DNA of 64,000 bases from Octopus sinensis. Lineage: Eukaryota. The notes below the pieces were generated by a model that had not been told where the DNA came from, ran no database searches, and worked only from the letters and a program-made list of their open reading frames with translations. Position numbers and translations under genes: made by a program. Shown piece after piece: positions 24,603 through 37,840 of this stretch (the first letter of the stretch is position 1; each line of letters begins with the position of its first letter). The stretch spans positions 14,756,001 through 14,820,000 of the forward strand of contig NC_042997.1 in assembly GCF_006345805.1 (NCBI RefSeq), given 5' to 3'.

Positions 24603-25426
24603 CTGAAAGTCTATCCAGTCTCTTTAATATGAAGCTCATGGAGAACCTAATAAGACTTTTAGTCTATTTAATTATATTGGGATAGACGGGATGCACAAGA
24701 TAGTTTTAAGAGAAAGTTTTCTAATTCCTTCCACCATTGCAAATCTACAGAGAGGTAGTGAAAGGATTAAAGGGCCTACAATGTGAACACTTCTTTCTTG
24801 GCCCCTTTATTAAGATTTAGGGAGAGATGGTGATTTTCCAATAAAAACTTCCATTTATTTTAGTTAAAGCCAAAGATCTTAGTAACTAATGAATATGGGA
24901 CTGTCCAGTATATTAGAGTAATACTTCACTGGAATGTAAACATTGAGTGTTGGGAAGATAAGTAATTTCACAAATTTTCATCTCCATGTGAAAGGAAAAA
25001 CTCCTTTACTTTACACTACATTTTCCTTCTGATTATCCCTTCTTGTAGATATGGTTGTTTGGCTATGAAGCTTAATTCACAACCACATTATTTTTGGTTC
25101 AGTTCCAGTAGGTGACACTGCGGAATGATGCTTTTTACTAGTGAAATGAACTTTTCATTTCACTAGTAAAAACTGGCAAGGAGAAGAGTATCTAACCAAA
25201 GAAAATCTGCCTCAATAAAGTTTCTTCTAACCCATACCAGCATGGTAAAAATGGACACAGAAACAATGATTGTTGTTACTGGCTTAAAAGATCAATCAAA
25301 TATTGGTATAGAATAAAATGAAGACAAATAAAATACAGTTCTATATTTAAGAGATGAGGAAGGCTGGAGGGTATATCAGCCGAAACATTGTGTTAACAAC
25401 AAACAATATGAGGACAAATATCCGTC

Positions 25427-25810
25427 AGGAGTGGCTGTGTGGTAAGTAGCTTGCTAACCAACCACATGGTTCCGGGTTCAGTCCCACTGCGTGGCATCTT
25501 GGGCAAGTGTCTTCTGCTATAGCCCCGGGCCGACCAATGCTTTGTGAGTGGATTTGGTAGACGGAAACTGAAAGAAGCCTGTCGTATATATGTATATATA
25601 TATATAAGTGTGTGTGTATATGTTTGTGTGTCTGTGTTTGTCCCCCTAGCATTGCTTGACAACCGATGCTGGTGTGTTTACGTCCCCATCACTTAGCGGT
25701 TCGGCAAAAGAGACCGATAGAATAAGTCCCGGGGTCGATTTGCTCGACTAAAGGCGGTGCTCTAGCATGGCCGCAGTCAAATGACTGAAACAAGTAAAAG
25801 AGTAAAGAGT
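25427..25810 (+). mobile_element. Family A tRNA-derived SINE with internal microsatellite
   Basis: aggagtggctgtgtggtaag...ggttcagtccc (A/B boxes), tgggcaagtgtcttct core, (TA/TG)n, and a 3' half ending (gagtaaa)n. Confidence 0.85.
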
Positions 25811-26136
25811 AATGTAAATAAAATACAGTTTATCATTATACTGAGCTACAAGGCTAAAGTCACAATTAACTCATAAAGTAATGACAGAAGAAAAATGTGC
25901 ATAAAAAAGTGTTTAACATGGAGGGTTGAATGTAGAGAATTTATAGGTACAGCCACATACTTAAGAAGTATTCTTTACAACTGGATGATTCCAAATCTGA
26001 GCCCACTGCATAGCACCTCGGGCAAGCATCTTCTGCTGTGGCTCAGGATAACTAACGCCTTGAGAGTAAAATTTGATAGAAATTATGCAGAAGCATATCA
26101 TGTACATACCTGTGTTTGTACATATTTATATACGTA

Positions 26137-26330
26137 AGGCGGCGAGCTGGAAGAAACGTTAGCTGTATTTCATCTGTCTTACGTTCTGAGTTCAAATTCC
26201 ACCAAGGTCAACTTTGCCTCTCATCCTTTCTGGGTCAATAAATTAAGTACCAGTTGTATACGGCGGTTGATCTAATCGACTGGCCCCCTTCCCCAAAAAT
26301 GTCGGGCTTTGTGCCTAGAGTGGAACAGTA
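26137..26330 (+). mobile_element. Family B variant SINE
   Basis: Same tRNA-like head with a different tail ending gggctttgtgcctagagtgg. Confidence 0.75.
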
Positions 26331-26469
26331 TATTTATATATGTGTATGTGTGTGTATATCAGAATGTGTTTCTGTGTGTATGTATATATATACACCTATG
26401 TAAAATAGTGTGCTGAGGTGCTTCCCTTTATGCCAAAAGGTAACCTACCCATTTGATAGAAACCAAATA

Positions 26470-26843
26470 TAATGAGCACTCAGAGAGCACAAACCTCCGC
26501 CAAGGCAACACCAACGTCCTCTCAACGATTAGCCAGAGATGATTTTTAAAATGAGAATATCTGAAATAAACTCAACTGCTCTCACAAATGAGAATGCTAA
26601 AAATGAACCCAACCACTCTCAAAAATTAAGTAAAAAAAAACCGGAAAAATAACTCTGAATCCTTGTCCAGTACCAGACCAGTCTCAAAATCTAATCAGTT
26701 TGTGCCAGTCATGAGGCCAAATATCCCTGAAAGTTTCATCTGAATCCATCCAGCGGTTCTTGAGATATCTTGTCCATGGACAAACAAACAGACAAGCACA
26801 ACTGAAATCAATACCTTCACCTTCACTAAGGTGGAGGTAATAA
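26470..26843 (+). mobile_element. Helentron/HINE-like non-autonomous element
   Basis: Short subterminal inverted motifs (acctccgcc 26493 / ggtggaggt 26830), an acaaacaaacagac tract and a small terminal hairpin. Confidence 0.45.
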
Positions 26844-27355
26844 GTAAAAAAAAAAAGATCGAAAGTTCTTCTCAAGCCATAGGCTCATAAGGACAGTTTT
26901 CCAGATTCTGTGGTGTATATACTCACAGGACAAAAGTTCATTGCAGAATTACCAATTTTTGCCAGCCGAGTGGACTGGAGCAACATGAAATGAAGAGTTT
27001 TGCTCAAGAACACAAAGCATCATCCAGTCCAGCAACTGAAATCACAGTCATACAATCATGAGTGCAACACCCTAACCACTAAACCATGCACCTCCAAAAT
27101 ATAATAAGTACCAGACTGGAGCAAGTACTAAGGTCAATATGACCAACTAAAAAAAAACCCTGATAATGGTATTTCAGCATGTTTGTAAGCCAATTATTAA
27201 AACCTGTAAAAACTTATATGCCAATATCAAATTAAAGTGTTTAAATTCATGTATAAAAGTGAAATCAGGATTTCTTTTAAATCTTCACTCTAAAGTTTCT
27301 AAGTTAAGAAGAAAGTATAAGGGGAAAGTACCAAAGATGTTAACACTTATATTAA

Positions 27356-27571
27356 TCCTTTCATTACCAACCCAGCTGAAACCGGCTCTGGCTCTGAGTA
27401 CAAATGTCTTGTTTTCATAAGTTTGGAATTAAAATTTTCCACCAAACCTTAAGCACAATATATGTTCCTAACACTAGCTGAATGATAACTAAGTTATTTT
27501 ACTACATTCTTTGTTATGTTTAAAGTAATTGAAAGAAACAGCATTTCAAAATAAATACAGTAATGAAAGGG
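27356..27571. mobile_element. ~217-bp piggyBac-type MITE, copy 1
   Basis: TTAA on both sides; termini (t/c)cctttcattac ... gtaatgaaaggg. Homologous to 29218 and 51606. Confidence 0.7.
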
Positions 27572-27664
27572 TTAAAATGTGTAAGAGAAAGTTGTAAAGG
27601 AAGTGAGAAATGGAAAAGATAACAAAGACAAGCCTTTAGTTATTATAACTTACATTTGTTCATA

Positions 27665-27705
<41 letters not shown>

Positions 27706-27869
27706 AACCAGCTTAGAGAAGAAGAAGAAACCAAACCAAACCAAATGAATCGAATCAAATCGACGCGAAGGCGCTCAGTCATACAATAGTGTAATAAATA
27801 AAATATATGCATACATACAAACATATATGTACGTACCTACATCTACATGTATATATACATGCATATATA

Positions 27870-28150
27870 AATATATATACGTGTGTACAGGACACCACAA
27901 ATAGACGTAGAACTCAACGAAAAACGAAAACGTAAAAACAGCATGGAACAGACCACTCCTTTAACAACGAAAAAACAGAGTACAAGACAACTACACAAGG
28001 AAAAATCCCCTTCATCAGCCATCCCTAGTTCAACTCCAGCGTGTTTTGAAGGTGAGGACAGAACATGTCTCGTCGAATTAGTCCTTCCTGCGAAAGAATT
28101 AAATAAAATTCCTTTGCGGAGGGGTAAAAACAAGGAAAAAAAAATGTGAC
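27870..28150. repeat. Unclassified CpG-rich interspersed repeat, possibly a Penelope terminus
   Basis: Composition is sharply different from the flanks and it sits next to microsatellites, like 763-947. No diagnostic protein motif. Confidence 0.3.
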
Positions 28151-28223
28151 AAAAACAATACAATTAAAAACAAATACAAAATAAAAATACAATTACAAGA
28201 AATACAGTACAAGAAGGAATGAC

Positions 28224-28452
28224 CTATGTCATTGTGTAGTAAAACTCTTAACATTATGGGATACAGCATAAAGCAGCAGGACCTCAAGTGGCTACAGTCA
28301 TTATTAGTTCACTAAACAAAAAACCTTCACTTCAAATGTTCAAGTACAGTGCAGAGGTTTCCTCAAATTAATAATAAAGATCTCAAATTATAATGAGTAA
28401 CATAACAGTTTGATAAGAATTTCTTTTGTTTAGCCATTATATAAAATGATTA
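28224..28452 (-). pseudogene. Dynein pseudo-exon, microtubule-binding domain
   Basis: ccttttttaatttcag|TAATC. IMAKQKKFLSNC compared with AKxxLxxxxFLxxL; after a frameshift, EGFLFSELIMTVAT*GPAALCCIP*C*EFYY compared with FxxExVxxxSxAAxxLCxWVxxxxxFY. Confidence 0.55.
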
Positions 28453-29217
28453 CTGAAATTAAAAAAGGTTATTATATTTGATTTCTTTTACCTAGTCATA
28501 AGGCCAACTTTTTATTAACTCTTTCTCTTATCTTTTGCTTCTTTCAGTCATTGAACTGTGGCCAGGCTTCAGCACTGTCTTGAAAGGTTAAGTCGAACAA
28601 ATCAACCCCAGTATTTATTTTTCTAAGTCTGGTACTTATTCTATCAGTCACTTTTGCCAAACTGCTCAGTTATGAGAATATAAACAAACCAACACCAGTT
28701 GTTAAACGGTGAGGGAGACACATGCACACACACATGCAGATATATATATATATATATATATAGATATATATACATCATATATACAACAAGTTTCCACACA
28801 GTCTCCATCTACCAATTTCATTAGCAAAGCATTGGTCAACCTGAGGGGATTAAAAAAGAAGACATTTGTCCAAGCTGCCACGTAATCTCCAGGGATACAG
28901 GCATCCAGCAACAGGACCTCCGTAATGCCATGATGAACCATGAAGTCTGGCATAGCATGGTAAATTCCATTGTCTCGACCACGGTCGAACAATGATGATG
29001 ATAATGGAACTGATCCTGAAACCACATAGTTACAAAGCAAGCCTGTACCTATAAGTTTAAAATGACTAAATAAAATATATTTCTACAGTAATATCACTGT
29101 AACACCTCCAAAGTAAACAGGAATTGAACCTAGAATGCAAACTGGTTAACTGAAACACTGTAAGGTACACAAATGTTTCAAAGTCAGTAAAAGATATATT
29201 ATACAGACCCACTTTAA

Positions 29218-29435
29218 CCCTTTTGATACCAACCCAGCTGAAACCACCTCTGGCTCAGTAGCACAAATGTCTTGTTTTCATTAGTTTTGAATGAAAATCT
29301 TCCATCAAACCTTTGTCACAATTTATGTTCCTAACACTAGCTTAACAATAAGTTATTTTACTAAATTTTTAGTTATATTTAAAATTAATTGAAATAAAAA
29401 CAGAGCATCTCAAAATAAATACAGTAATGAAAGGG
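29218..29435. mobile_element. piggyBac-type MITE, copy 2
   Basis: TTAA|cccttttgatac ... gtaatgaaaggg; same internal sequence as the other two copies. Confidence 0.7.
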
Positions 29436-29482
29436 TAAAAACAGAATGTACAGATTCAGAGGAAATGACTAAAGATAATCAC

Positions 29483-29760
29483 CTTGATCACCTTGACCGA
29501 CCAGTCCGTCGGGCATCCATTTGACACCGCTGGTCACAGCACGCTGTCCACTCCTCTCTGGATCGCACCTTCCTCATCCACATGATCCCAATTGCCCTCC
29601 TAAAATCGTTCCCCACCTTCGTGGAAGCCCTCCAAGTGATCGTTTCCACTCGCACGGGTGCCACTCGACAACTGCATGGGTCCACCGATTATCGGTGAGC
29701 TGGGCGACATGTCCAGCCCATCTAAACTTTCTGCATGTATATTCTACAATGACATCCCTG
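29483..29760 (-). mobile_element. RTE LINE 3' fragment (a different family)
   Basis: FRWAGHVAQLTDNRWTHAVVEWHPCEWKRSLGGLPRRWG, ending in a caaggtgat tandem tail. Confidence 0.8.
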
Positions 29761-29986
29761 CCAAACTATGCTGCACCAATTGCCAAAGCCAAGTCTGCAC
29801 TTAAAGTCACAGATTAACAGGGATGGGTACTAAGATTGTTTCTTATCTTTCTGAATGAAACGAGCAGGGCAAATGGAAAGAGTTGGTTTCAATAAAACAA
29901 GTTCCAAATACATAAATAGAAAAGCAGAAATGTCTTGACTTATTTTTACATACATACATGTGTGTGTATGTGTGTGTGTGAGTCAC

Positions 29987-30319
29987 TCAAGAATATTATT
30001 TTTCCATTAGATGAAAACATAAAGCTAAAATATATGGCTCTGTAACAAAAGAAAGAAAACTTCCTAGTGACCGTAATCTCAATGACTGTAAAAGGTTGGA
30101 AATAGTCACTAGGTGCAATGTTTCCATTGCCTTTGTTGTTGTTGTTACCGCTATGGCTTTAAAAGCCTCATACAAATTTTCACTAACAATGTACATCATA
30201 ATTATACATAGTGCACTAGACCAAAGTTTTGGAGCAATGTCAATTAATTGTTGGTCTTGTCTAGACCATACATGTTCTAGATGAAATATTGGGGATAATA
30301 AGGTAAGACTATTTTGTGT
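29987..30319 (-). pseudogene. Dynein pseudo-exon, stalk CC1 into microtubule-binding domain
   Basis: ctccattatctgtag|ACACAA ... TCTTGA|gtgact. 333 bp, phase 0-0, 107 open codons. ENLYEAFKAIAVTTTTKAMETLHLVTISNLLQSLR...VTEPYILALCFHLMEK*YS* compared with DLxEAxPALxxAxxALxxLxxxDIxEIK...VxEAVxILL...SW. Confidence 0.7.
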
Positions 30320-31492
30320 CTACAGATAATGGAGACATCTAAGTCAGTAACATAGAGGGTATTATACATAACATTATTTCTTTCTTGGCATAACCTTTCA
30401 GCCAACGAAAACAAAAACATTGAATATGTTAAAGCATAAAAGCTGATCAGATAATGAATTAATTATAGACATTAATTAATGACTCTATCTGGTCTAGTGA
30501 CATGATTGAACAAGACTGGATAGTTTATTTAATGCCAATCATATACTGTTGTTTTCTGTTTAATTTATTGAACCTTAAATCAAATTAACCTGCTTATTCA
30601 TCAAACAGGAAAATTTTAAAAAGAAATACTAATTAGTGTCAAACATCTCTTGACATTATAAGCATCTTTATTTGAAAAAAAAAACAGCAGTAGCAGCTAC
30701 CCAGATCACCAGGAACTTAATGATAACAGACTAACACTCCTATTAATGAGTCATACTCTCCAGTTTTATGAATGCCTATAGCTCATGGAAACATATTATT
30801 ATTCTTCCCTTGTGGGCAGTAAAGAAATAGGAAACATATTATTAAACATGCTCTCCCTCTCTCTCTGGCCAGGTAACCATGTACCTCCTCTACAGCAAGA
30901 CATCTGTTTCTGTCTCTCTGTCACACTCTAACCTTTGTGTCTAACCATCTGACACAAGATCATCTCCTCCAATGTCTCCTCCCCTCTCAAAGACTCTTTG
31001 TCTTGCAAAGTTACTTGGTGACCCTACCAGTGCAGGTGCCACTTAAAAAGCATCCAATCCACACAGTAAAGTGGTTGGCACTTGGAAGGGCATCTAGCTG
31101 TAAAAACCATGCCAAAACTGACCTCGCCTGTGCTTGGTGCCACATAAAAAGCACTCAGCTCACTCTCTGGGGTGGTAGGTGTTAGGAAGGGCATCCAGCT
31201 GTAAGAACTGTGCCAAACCTATTTTTCTTGCTTACATCATTAAACTAAATTAACAAATTTAATACACTACATATCTCTTTCAGATTACCATTCCGCACTG
31301 TTTGCTACAAAAACATGATTTATACTTTACAGGTGTGACTGTCTAATTAAAACGTTTGCTTCCCAGTGACTTGGTTCCAAATTCAGCTGCACTACATGGC
31401 ACTTGGGACATCTATTTTCTGCTCTAGCTTCAAGCCAACGAAAGAGTTGTGAATGGATTTGGTAGTTCTGTCTGTGTGTGTGTGTGTGTATT

Positions 31493-31532
<40 letters not shown>

Positions 31533-32464
31533 TTTGCCTTGGCACCATGTTGCAGTTGTAAATGAGTGTCACTGTCATACAAGCAGTGTTATTCACTTCC
31601 AATATTCTATAGAAACATGTCTAGCCATGTTGAAAAATTACCATGCCTGGAAGCAGATGAAGATTGGCAACAAGAAGGGAATCTGGTCATAGAAAATCTG
31701 TCTCAATAAATTTGTCTAACCCATGCTAGCATGGAAAAGTAGATGTTATGATGATGATGATGACAATGATGACTATAGGTACAATACACCCATAGCTTTT
31801 ATAATCTTTCTCTATGTATGACTAGTATTCATTTGGAAAGGATGAGAAGGTAAAGTCAGTCAGCAGGAGTTCAACTTAGAATACAATGGGATGGAACTAA
31901 ATACTTATAGGTAAGCCTTGTAGTTCACATCTGTGATCATCAGCATTTTCATTTTATGTTTACTTTCCATGCTGACATGGGCTGGACATGTTTATAGTAA
32001 TTTATTTAATTTTGTAATGAGCACTATTGATTTAACATACACTTTTCCATGATATATATAGTTTGCTTGAAGCATGTACCATCAAAGATAAAAAACAAGG
32101 AGAAAATAGAAAGCTTCTGACAAGGTGGAAAATTTTATTAAACCTTCATATTTCAAGTGCAGACTGTTTTTCTGAAGGTGGGCCTTTGCACTTGAAATAT
32201 AAAGGTTTATAAAATTTTCCACATTGTCAGAAGCTTTCTATTTTCTCTCTTTCTTATCTTCTTCGATGTATGTGTGTGTGTGTGTGTGTGTACGTACGTA
32301 CGTACATTATTTAGAGCAGTTTGAATCAGCTCCAGGTAACTTAAAATTTCACATGCCTCTAACATAAGCTTGCAAAACTTTAAGTTGCATAGAGCCAAAC
32401 CGTACTGTTTTAAATAATATGTGTCCACATGGATGATGGCGCATTTGCATTTAATAATTCTGCA

Positions 32465-33450
32465 AAGAAAGAGGCTTGTTGATGCCATTATGAAAGACTG
32501 CTGAATGTGGAGAATGAATTGGAGAAGGAGAGTCTGTCAAAGGTTGACCCAATTGAGGGACAACCTACCCAAATGACAGTACCCTCGTAGATAAAGCAAT
32601 GAAAACAGGGAAAGCACCTGGCCCATCAGGAATCCCTGCTGAGATGCTTAAAACATCAGGTGGAGCGGGTTATGGTCTTGTCACCTGCATCGTAAATCAG
32701 GTAGTTCATGAAGGAGGCATACCTAATGACAGGTGTAGTAGCACCATAATCAACTGCTACAACGGTAAAGGTGATGTTTTAGATAGAAATAACTACAGGG
32801 GTATAAAATTATTGGATCAGGTGATGAAAGTTACAGAGCGGGGGGGGGGGTCAAGTTACAGAGAGAGTTAGCCTAGATGAGATGCAGTTTGGTTTTCTGC
32901 CAGGCAGAAGCACCACTGATACTATATTTCTGGTAAGGCAACTTCAGGAGAAATATCTAGCCAAAGATAAACCTCTGTACTTGGCTTTTGTTGACTTGGA
33001 GAAAGCCATTGATAGGCTCCCCTGATCTCTTATTTGGTGGTCAATGCAGAAACCAGGGAGAGATGAGTGGTTGGTAAGAGCTGTACAAGCTTTGTACAAG
33101 GATGCTGTCAGTAAGGTGAAGATTGGTAATGAGTATAGTGAAGAATTCTGGATAGAAGTAGGGGTTCACCATGGATCAGTCCTCAGCTCCCTCTTATTCA
33201 TCATAGTCCTTCAAGCAATAACAGAGGAATTCAAGACAGGCTGTCCCTGGGAGCTCCTCTATGCTGATAACCTTGCTCTAATAGCTGAGTCACTGCAAGA
33301 ACTACAGACGAAGTTTAAGGTGTGGAAGTAAGGTCTAGAATTGAAGGGCCTTAGAGTAACCTAGCAAAAACCAAAGTCTTAGTAAGTAGGAAGGCTGACA
33401 ATCACAAACCCCTTCAGGATGATGGCCCTGCTTGATCTGTAGAAAAGGCG
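32465..33450 (+). mobile_element. RTE-clade LINE reverse transcriptase fragment
   Basis: MKTGKAPGPSGIPAEMLK...NNYRGIKLLDQVMK; QFGFLPGRST; FVDLEKA; GVHHGSVLSSLLFIIV; ELLYADNL. Disrupted by frameshifts and stops. Confidence 0.88.
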
Positions 33451-33479
33451 ATATGATATGCTTGAGATCTATTGAGTTA

Positions 33480-33915
33480 AATAAAACCAAAATCGTAGCT
33501 GTGATGAGTGACTCCTGATTGACTTCTGTGCCAGTGGCATGTAAAAAGCACTATCCGAACATGATCGATACCAGGGCTGCCTGACTGGCTCCTGTGCCAG
33601 TGGTACATAAAAAGCACCATCTGAACATGGCTGATGTCAGTGTGCCCTGACTGGCTCCCGTGCCAGTAGCATGTAAAAAGCACTATCGAAACATGATCAA
33701 TACCAGGCCCACCTGGTTGGCTTCTATGATGGTGGCACATAAAAAGCACCCACTACACTCTTGGAGTGGTTGGCATTAGGAAGAGCATCCAGCTGTAGAG
33801 ACATTGCCAGATCAGATTGGAGCCTAGTGCAGCCACTGGCTTTCCAGACCTTAGTCAAACCATCCAACCCATGCCAGCATAGAAAATGGATGTTAAACGA
33901 TGATGATGATGATGA
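33480..33915 (+). mobile_element. Family D element with four ~62-bp internal subrepeats
   Basis: Repeated gactggctcctgtgccagtggcatgtaaaaagcac units precede the common tail. Confidence 0.7.
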
Positions 33916-34069
33916 TGTAGCTTTAACTAAATGTGTTAAGTGCCCTTTGCTTTCATTCATGTACTTGTGTGCGTGTGTGTGCGCACGTGTGTAAATGTGT
34001 GTGCGCGCGTGTATAAATGTGTGTGTGTGTGTGTACATGTGTGTATCTGTGTGTGTGTATATATATAAT

Positions 34070-34435
34070 AGATGAGCAAAACGCCCCCCCCCCCATCCGA
34101 TGGATGGTGCTGAGTTGTCAAACATTTAAACCAAATTTTCTCAAAACAACTTGTCTGACCGTCCCATAGGCCTCCCCTTTGAGAAACACTGATTTAACCT
34201 AAATTTGAGACACCAGCAAAAGAAGAAATAAAGATAGACTTTTTTTCTATTCCAAAGAAAAACAATTTCCCACAGCTTTATCGATCGCATTCTCACCTGG
34301 AATCGATTTTTGTCATTTTTTCAAGACTTATACACGCCCTGATACCATCGGTATCTACATATCAAATTTGAGCACAATCGGATGGAGGATGCCTGAGATC
34401 CTAGAAGCCACACACACACATTCTATTTATTATAC
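34070..34435 (+). mobile_element. HINE/DINE-1-like non-autonomous element
   Basis: catatcaaatttgagcacaatcggatg...gagatcctagaag followed by (CA)n and tttattata, the layout typical of this class. Confidence 0.4.
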
Positions 34436-35492
34436 AATATTGTACATTACTTTATGTACGCTGATTTGTTCTGCTTTTTATATTTAATCCTACAGTCTCT
34501 TATGTGGTGGTTTAATAAAGTATGTGATTGAGTATTATCTGGTAATTGATATTTGATTTAGATGTATTTCTCCATTTTCTTATCTTGTATTTTATATAAG
34601 ATATATATATATATATATATATATATAGCTATGTAAAATCAAGGTTGTCCTTGAATACAGTCATATTCCCTACATCCCTCTCCAGCTGAGCATCCCCAAT
34701 CTTGTGGACTCATGCATACTAGGGCCACATAAAATGCACCCACATTAGTGCCATGTAAACATACCTGTGATGGTACTACATAAACGCACCCAGTGCACTC
34801 TGTAAAGTGGTTGGCATTAGGAAGAGCATCCAACCCTAGAAACTATGCCAGAACAGACATGGAGCCTGGGCTGCTCTTCAGCTGGCCAGCACATGTCAAA
34901 CAGTCAATCCATGCCAGCATGGAAAACATGTTAAATGATGATGACAATGATGATATATATGCACACACACACACAAAATGAACTTCATGCAGTTTCAATC
35001 AATCAATACCACTTAGAAAGCATTGGTCAGCCTGAGGCTACAGCAGCAGTTCGTTTATAGTCAATACCCTCAAACCATGTGACTGAAAGAAATGAAGCTA
35101 GTATGATCTACTGGATGTATAATGTCAGTGTGCATACATGACAGAATGTAAGCACCCCGAGAGAAAAATTGAGCATAAGAAGCATCAAACCATGTGATTG
35201 CTAAGCGACCATCTGAACAACACTGTCATGCCTGCACCTAATAGCTACATAATAATAAAGATCAAACTGTTGTTGATTGCCAACTGTGGCATATGGTCAC
35301 AGTAGACCACAGTAAGATATTTAACATAGTGATTTACTGTTTTTGCCATATAACTGCAATACTAACAATAACATAGGGTCAGAAATTTAGTCAGAAAGGG
35401 GGGAGTAATCTAATCTAACTCAACACTTAACCAGTGCTTATTTTATTGACACTAGGAAACTGAATAAAAATTGCAAGGTATTTGGTCTGGTA

Positions 35493-35726
35493 TTTGGCGG
35501 TGAGCTGGCAGAAACGTTAGCACGCCGGGCGGAATGCCTAGCAGTATTTCGTCTGTCGCTACTTTCTGAGTTCAAATTCCGCCGAGGTCGACTTTGCCTT
35601 TCATCCTTTCGGGGTCGATAAATTAAGTACCAGTGAAACACTGGGGTCGATGTGATCGACTTAATCCGTTTGTCTGTCCTTGTTCGTCCCCTCCGTGTTT
35701 AACCCCTTGTGGGTAGTAAAGAAATA
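35493..35726 (+). mobile_element. Family B SINE, full length
   Basis: 16-bp TSD ggtatttggtctggta (35477-92, 35727-42). Confidence 0.85.
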
Positions 35727-36703
35727 GGTATTTGGTCTGGTAATATACTATTTCTTCAGCTTCATTGCCATAATGATTCATTCTCACATTTGTAAGGAGA
35801 GATGCACCGTATTTAATCAACCTCACAACATTTTATTAACCATAGAAGAACAAAAATAAAAGTTGTTTCTAGTAAGACTGGAGCTCAGAAAATAGAGCAG
35901 TGAAGCTAAATCATAAAACTAAATATTGTGTTTTATTGTTTTTGCCATTCCACTGTGACATCATTGTCATCATCATTTAACATCCGTTTTCCATGCTGGC
36001 ATGCATTGGATGGCTTGACATGAGCTGGAAAGCCAGAGGACTGCACCAAGCTCCACTGTCTGTTTTGGCATGGTTTTTACAGTTGGATGCCCTTCCTAAT
36101 GCCAACCACTTTACAGAGTGGACAGGATGATTTTCATGTAGTACCAGCAGGCTTCTTTCAGTTTCCATCCACCAAATCCACCCACAAGGCCCTGTTGGCC
36201 AGGGACCACAGCAGAAGATACTATAATAATTGTTTCTAATATAGACACAAAGCCAGCAATTATGAGGGGAGGGATCAGTCAATACTATTAATCCCAGTAC
36301 TTGACTAGTACTTTATTTTAGAGAGATAAAACAACAAAGTTGATCTTAGTATGATTTGTACTACAAACAACCAGAAGAAATACCACCAAGTAATAATTCT
36401 TTCTAAAATAGGTATAAGACTTCAACTTTGGAGAGAGGTGGTCAGTTGATCAAATTCATCCCAGTAATTAGCCAGTACTTCATTTCATCAGCTTTGGAAG
36501 GGTGAAAGGCAAAGTTGACCTCAGTAGAATTTGAACTCAGAAGCCAGAACAAATACTGCCAGACATTTGTCCAATGCTCTAGCATCTAACATAAATCAAT
36601 AAAAGGTTAACTTATCCATCTGTCATCCATACAATCACAGACCAAATCAATACACCTTAGCATGATTTAATAACTTCATGAAGAGATTTAAAGTTAATTC
36701 TAC

Positions 36704-36963
36704 CTTTTGAAGAGCAGAAGTGATATCAATAATTACAGTTTTAAGTGTGGTCTTTGATGGAATATCTAACACATATATTTTAAGAGAAGTAGACTGCTTC
36801 TTTCACAGAACTAAGTATAGTATGCTAAAAGTATAGATTATTCTCCCAATTTAGTTGCACAGTGACAAGGTGTACATAAGTGGAGAGGATCTTATGTAAT
36901 TCATATTGACATTTTGATTTATGAGGATTATCAAGTTAGAATATATGAAGAATATATGAATTC
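36704..36963 (-). pseudogene. Dynein pseudo-exon, entry to stalk coiled coil 1
   Basis: ttttttttttatag|GAATT ... CAAAAG|gtagaa. NPHKSKCQYELHKILSTYVHLVTVQL...ILSSVKEAV compared with TPKSYLELIxxYxxLL...LxKLxEA. Contains an 11-bp internal duplication and a frameshift. Confidence 0.55.
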
Positions 36964-37099
36964 CTATAAAAAAAAACTAAGTTCATCATAGTAATAATCA
37001 TCAATCATTGATTCCTAGTTGATATGCTTGCTCAATGTAACAAAATACCTTTAATCCTATTTTTCCCCAACTTACTTTCAATGTCAAACTAACATATAA

Positions 37100-37355
37100 T
37101 ATGGCAATGTCACACTGTATTTTTCTCTGCTCCAGCTAGTATTTACTGGGCCATAGAAATTTCTAATTCTCTATATATCATACAGGTGTTTTACATGTTT
37201 ATAACAGTAATTTTAGGGAATATACTGACCAATAACTTTGACATCATGCCACCAGTTTAGCATAAGTGTCTTGGCAAAATTCGCTATGTTGCAGGCATTC
37301 ATATCAAAATCCACCCACTGTGGATTTTGTCCCTTTTTTCTCCTAAAACATTGAC
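37100..37355 (-). pseudogene. Possible dynein pseudo-exon between AAA4 and stalk
   Basis: Protein-like frame QCFRRKKGQNPQWVDFDMNACNIANFAKTLMLNWWHDVKVIG... in the expected position. The acceptor and the motif match are both weak. Confidence 0.3.
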
Positions 37356-37599
37356 CTACAGATGTTTAGATTGGGCATTGACTGCACCAGTCTCTCCTGT
37401 CTAGCAAACCTTTTTATATTACTCAAGCATAGAAAAATATTACATAAGAAATGGAAGTAAAATCACTAATATATATAATGTATTAAATATAATGTTAAAA
37501 TTCGTAAGGTTATTAGATATAATCTAAGAATGAAATTATTTTGAATAAATTTGTTTTATGAGAGATACTTTTAGCAAAAATTATTAATATCCCCAGGAT

Positions 37600-37840
37600 A
37601 GTCACAATGATTTTATTTCCAAGTCACATTAATAAGAATTAATATAAAGATTTAATCATGAAATTTACAGTAAAATCAAAGCTTCCCTCAAATACTTCCA
37701 CAGGCTTGTATTTACATCAAGAACTACTTCATACTAAAATGGTTAAGAATAACCAGACAGCTAACCAGCAAGAAAGCTCAACTAAATCGGACACATCAAA
37801 CAATTTAACTAAAGAAAAATGCTCAAGATGGATTACAGAG
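37600..37840 (-). pseudogene. Dynein pseudo-exon, late AAA4 (decayed; 3' boundary approximate)
   Basis: tatttacttttacaatctag|CTCTG. PS*AFFFS*IV...IQACGSI* compared with WxxFxxRV...VNCCTIDW; a shifted frame gives WKYLREALILL compared with WPxEAL. Confidence 0.4.

Noticed and set aside
25427-25500. tRNA-like A/B-box sequences
   Set aside because: SINE heads continuing into SINE bodies; no complete cloverleaf recognised, so no tRNA gene is called.
33480-33740. Regularly spaced ~30-bp repeats resembling a CRISPR array
   Set aside because: The spacers are homologous to each other, the unit is part of a dispersed eukaryotic retroposon, and there are no cas genes.
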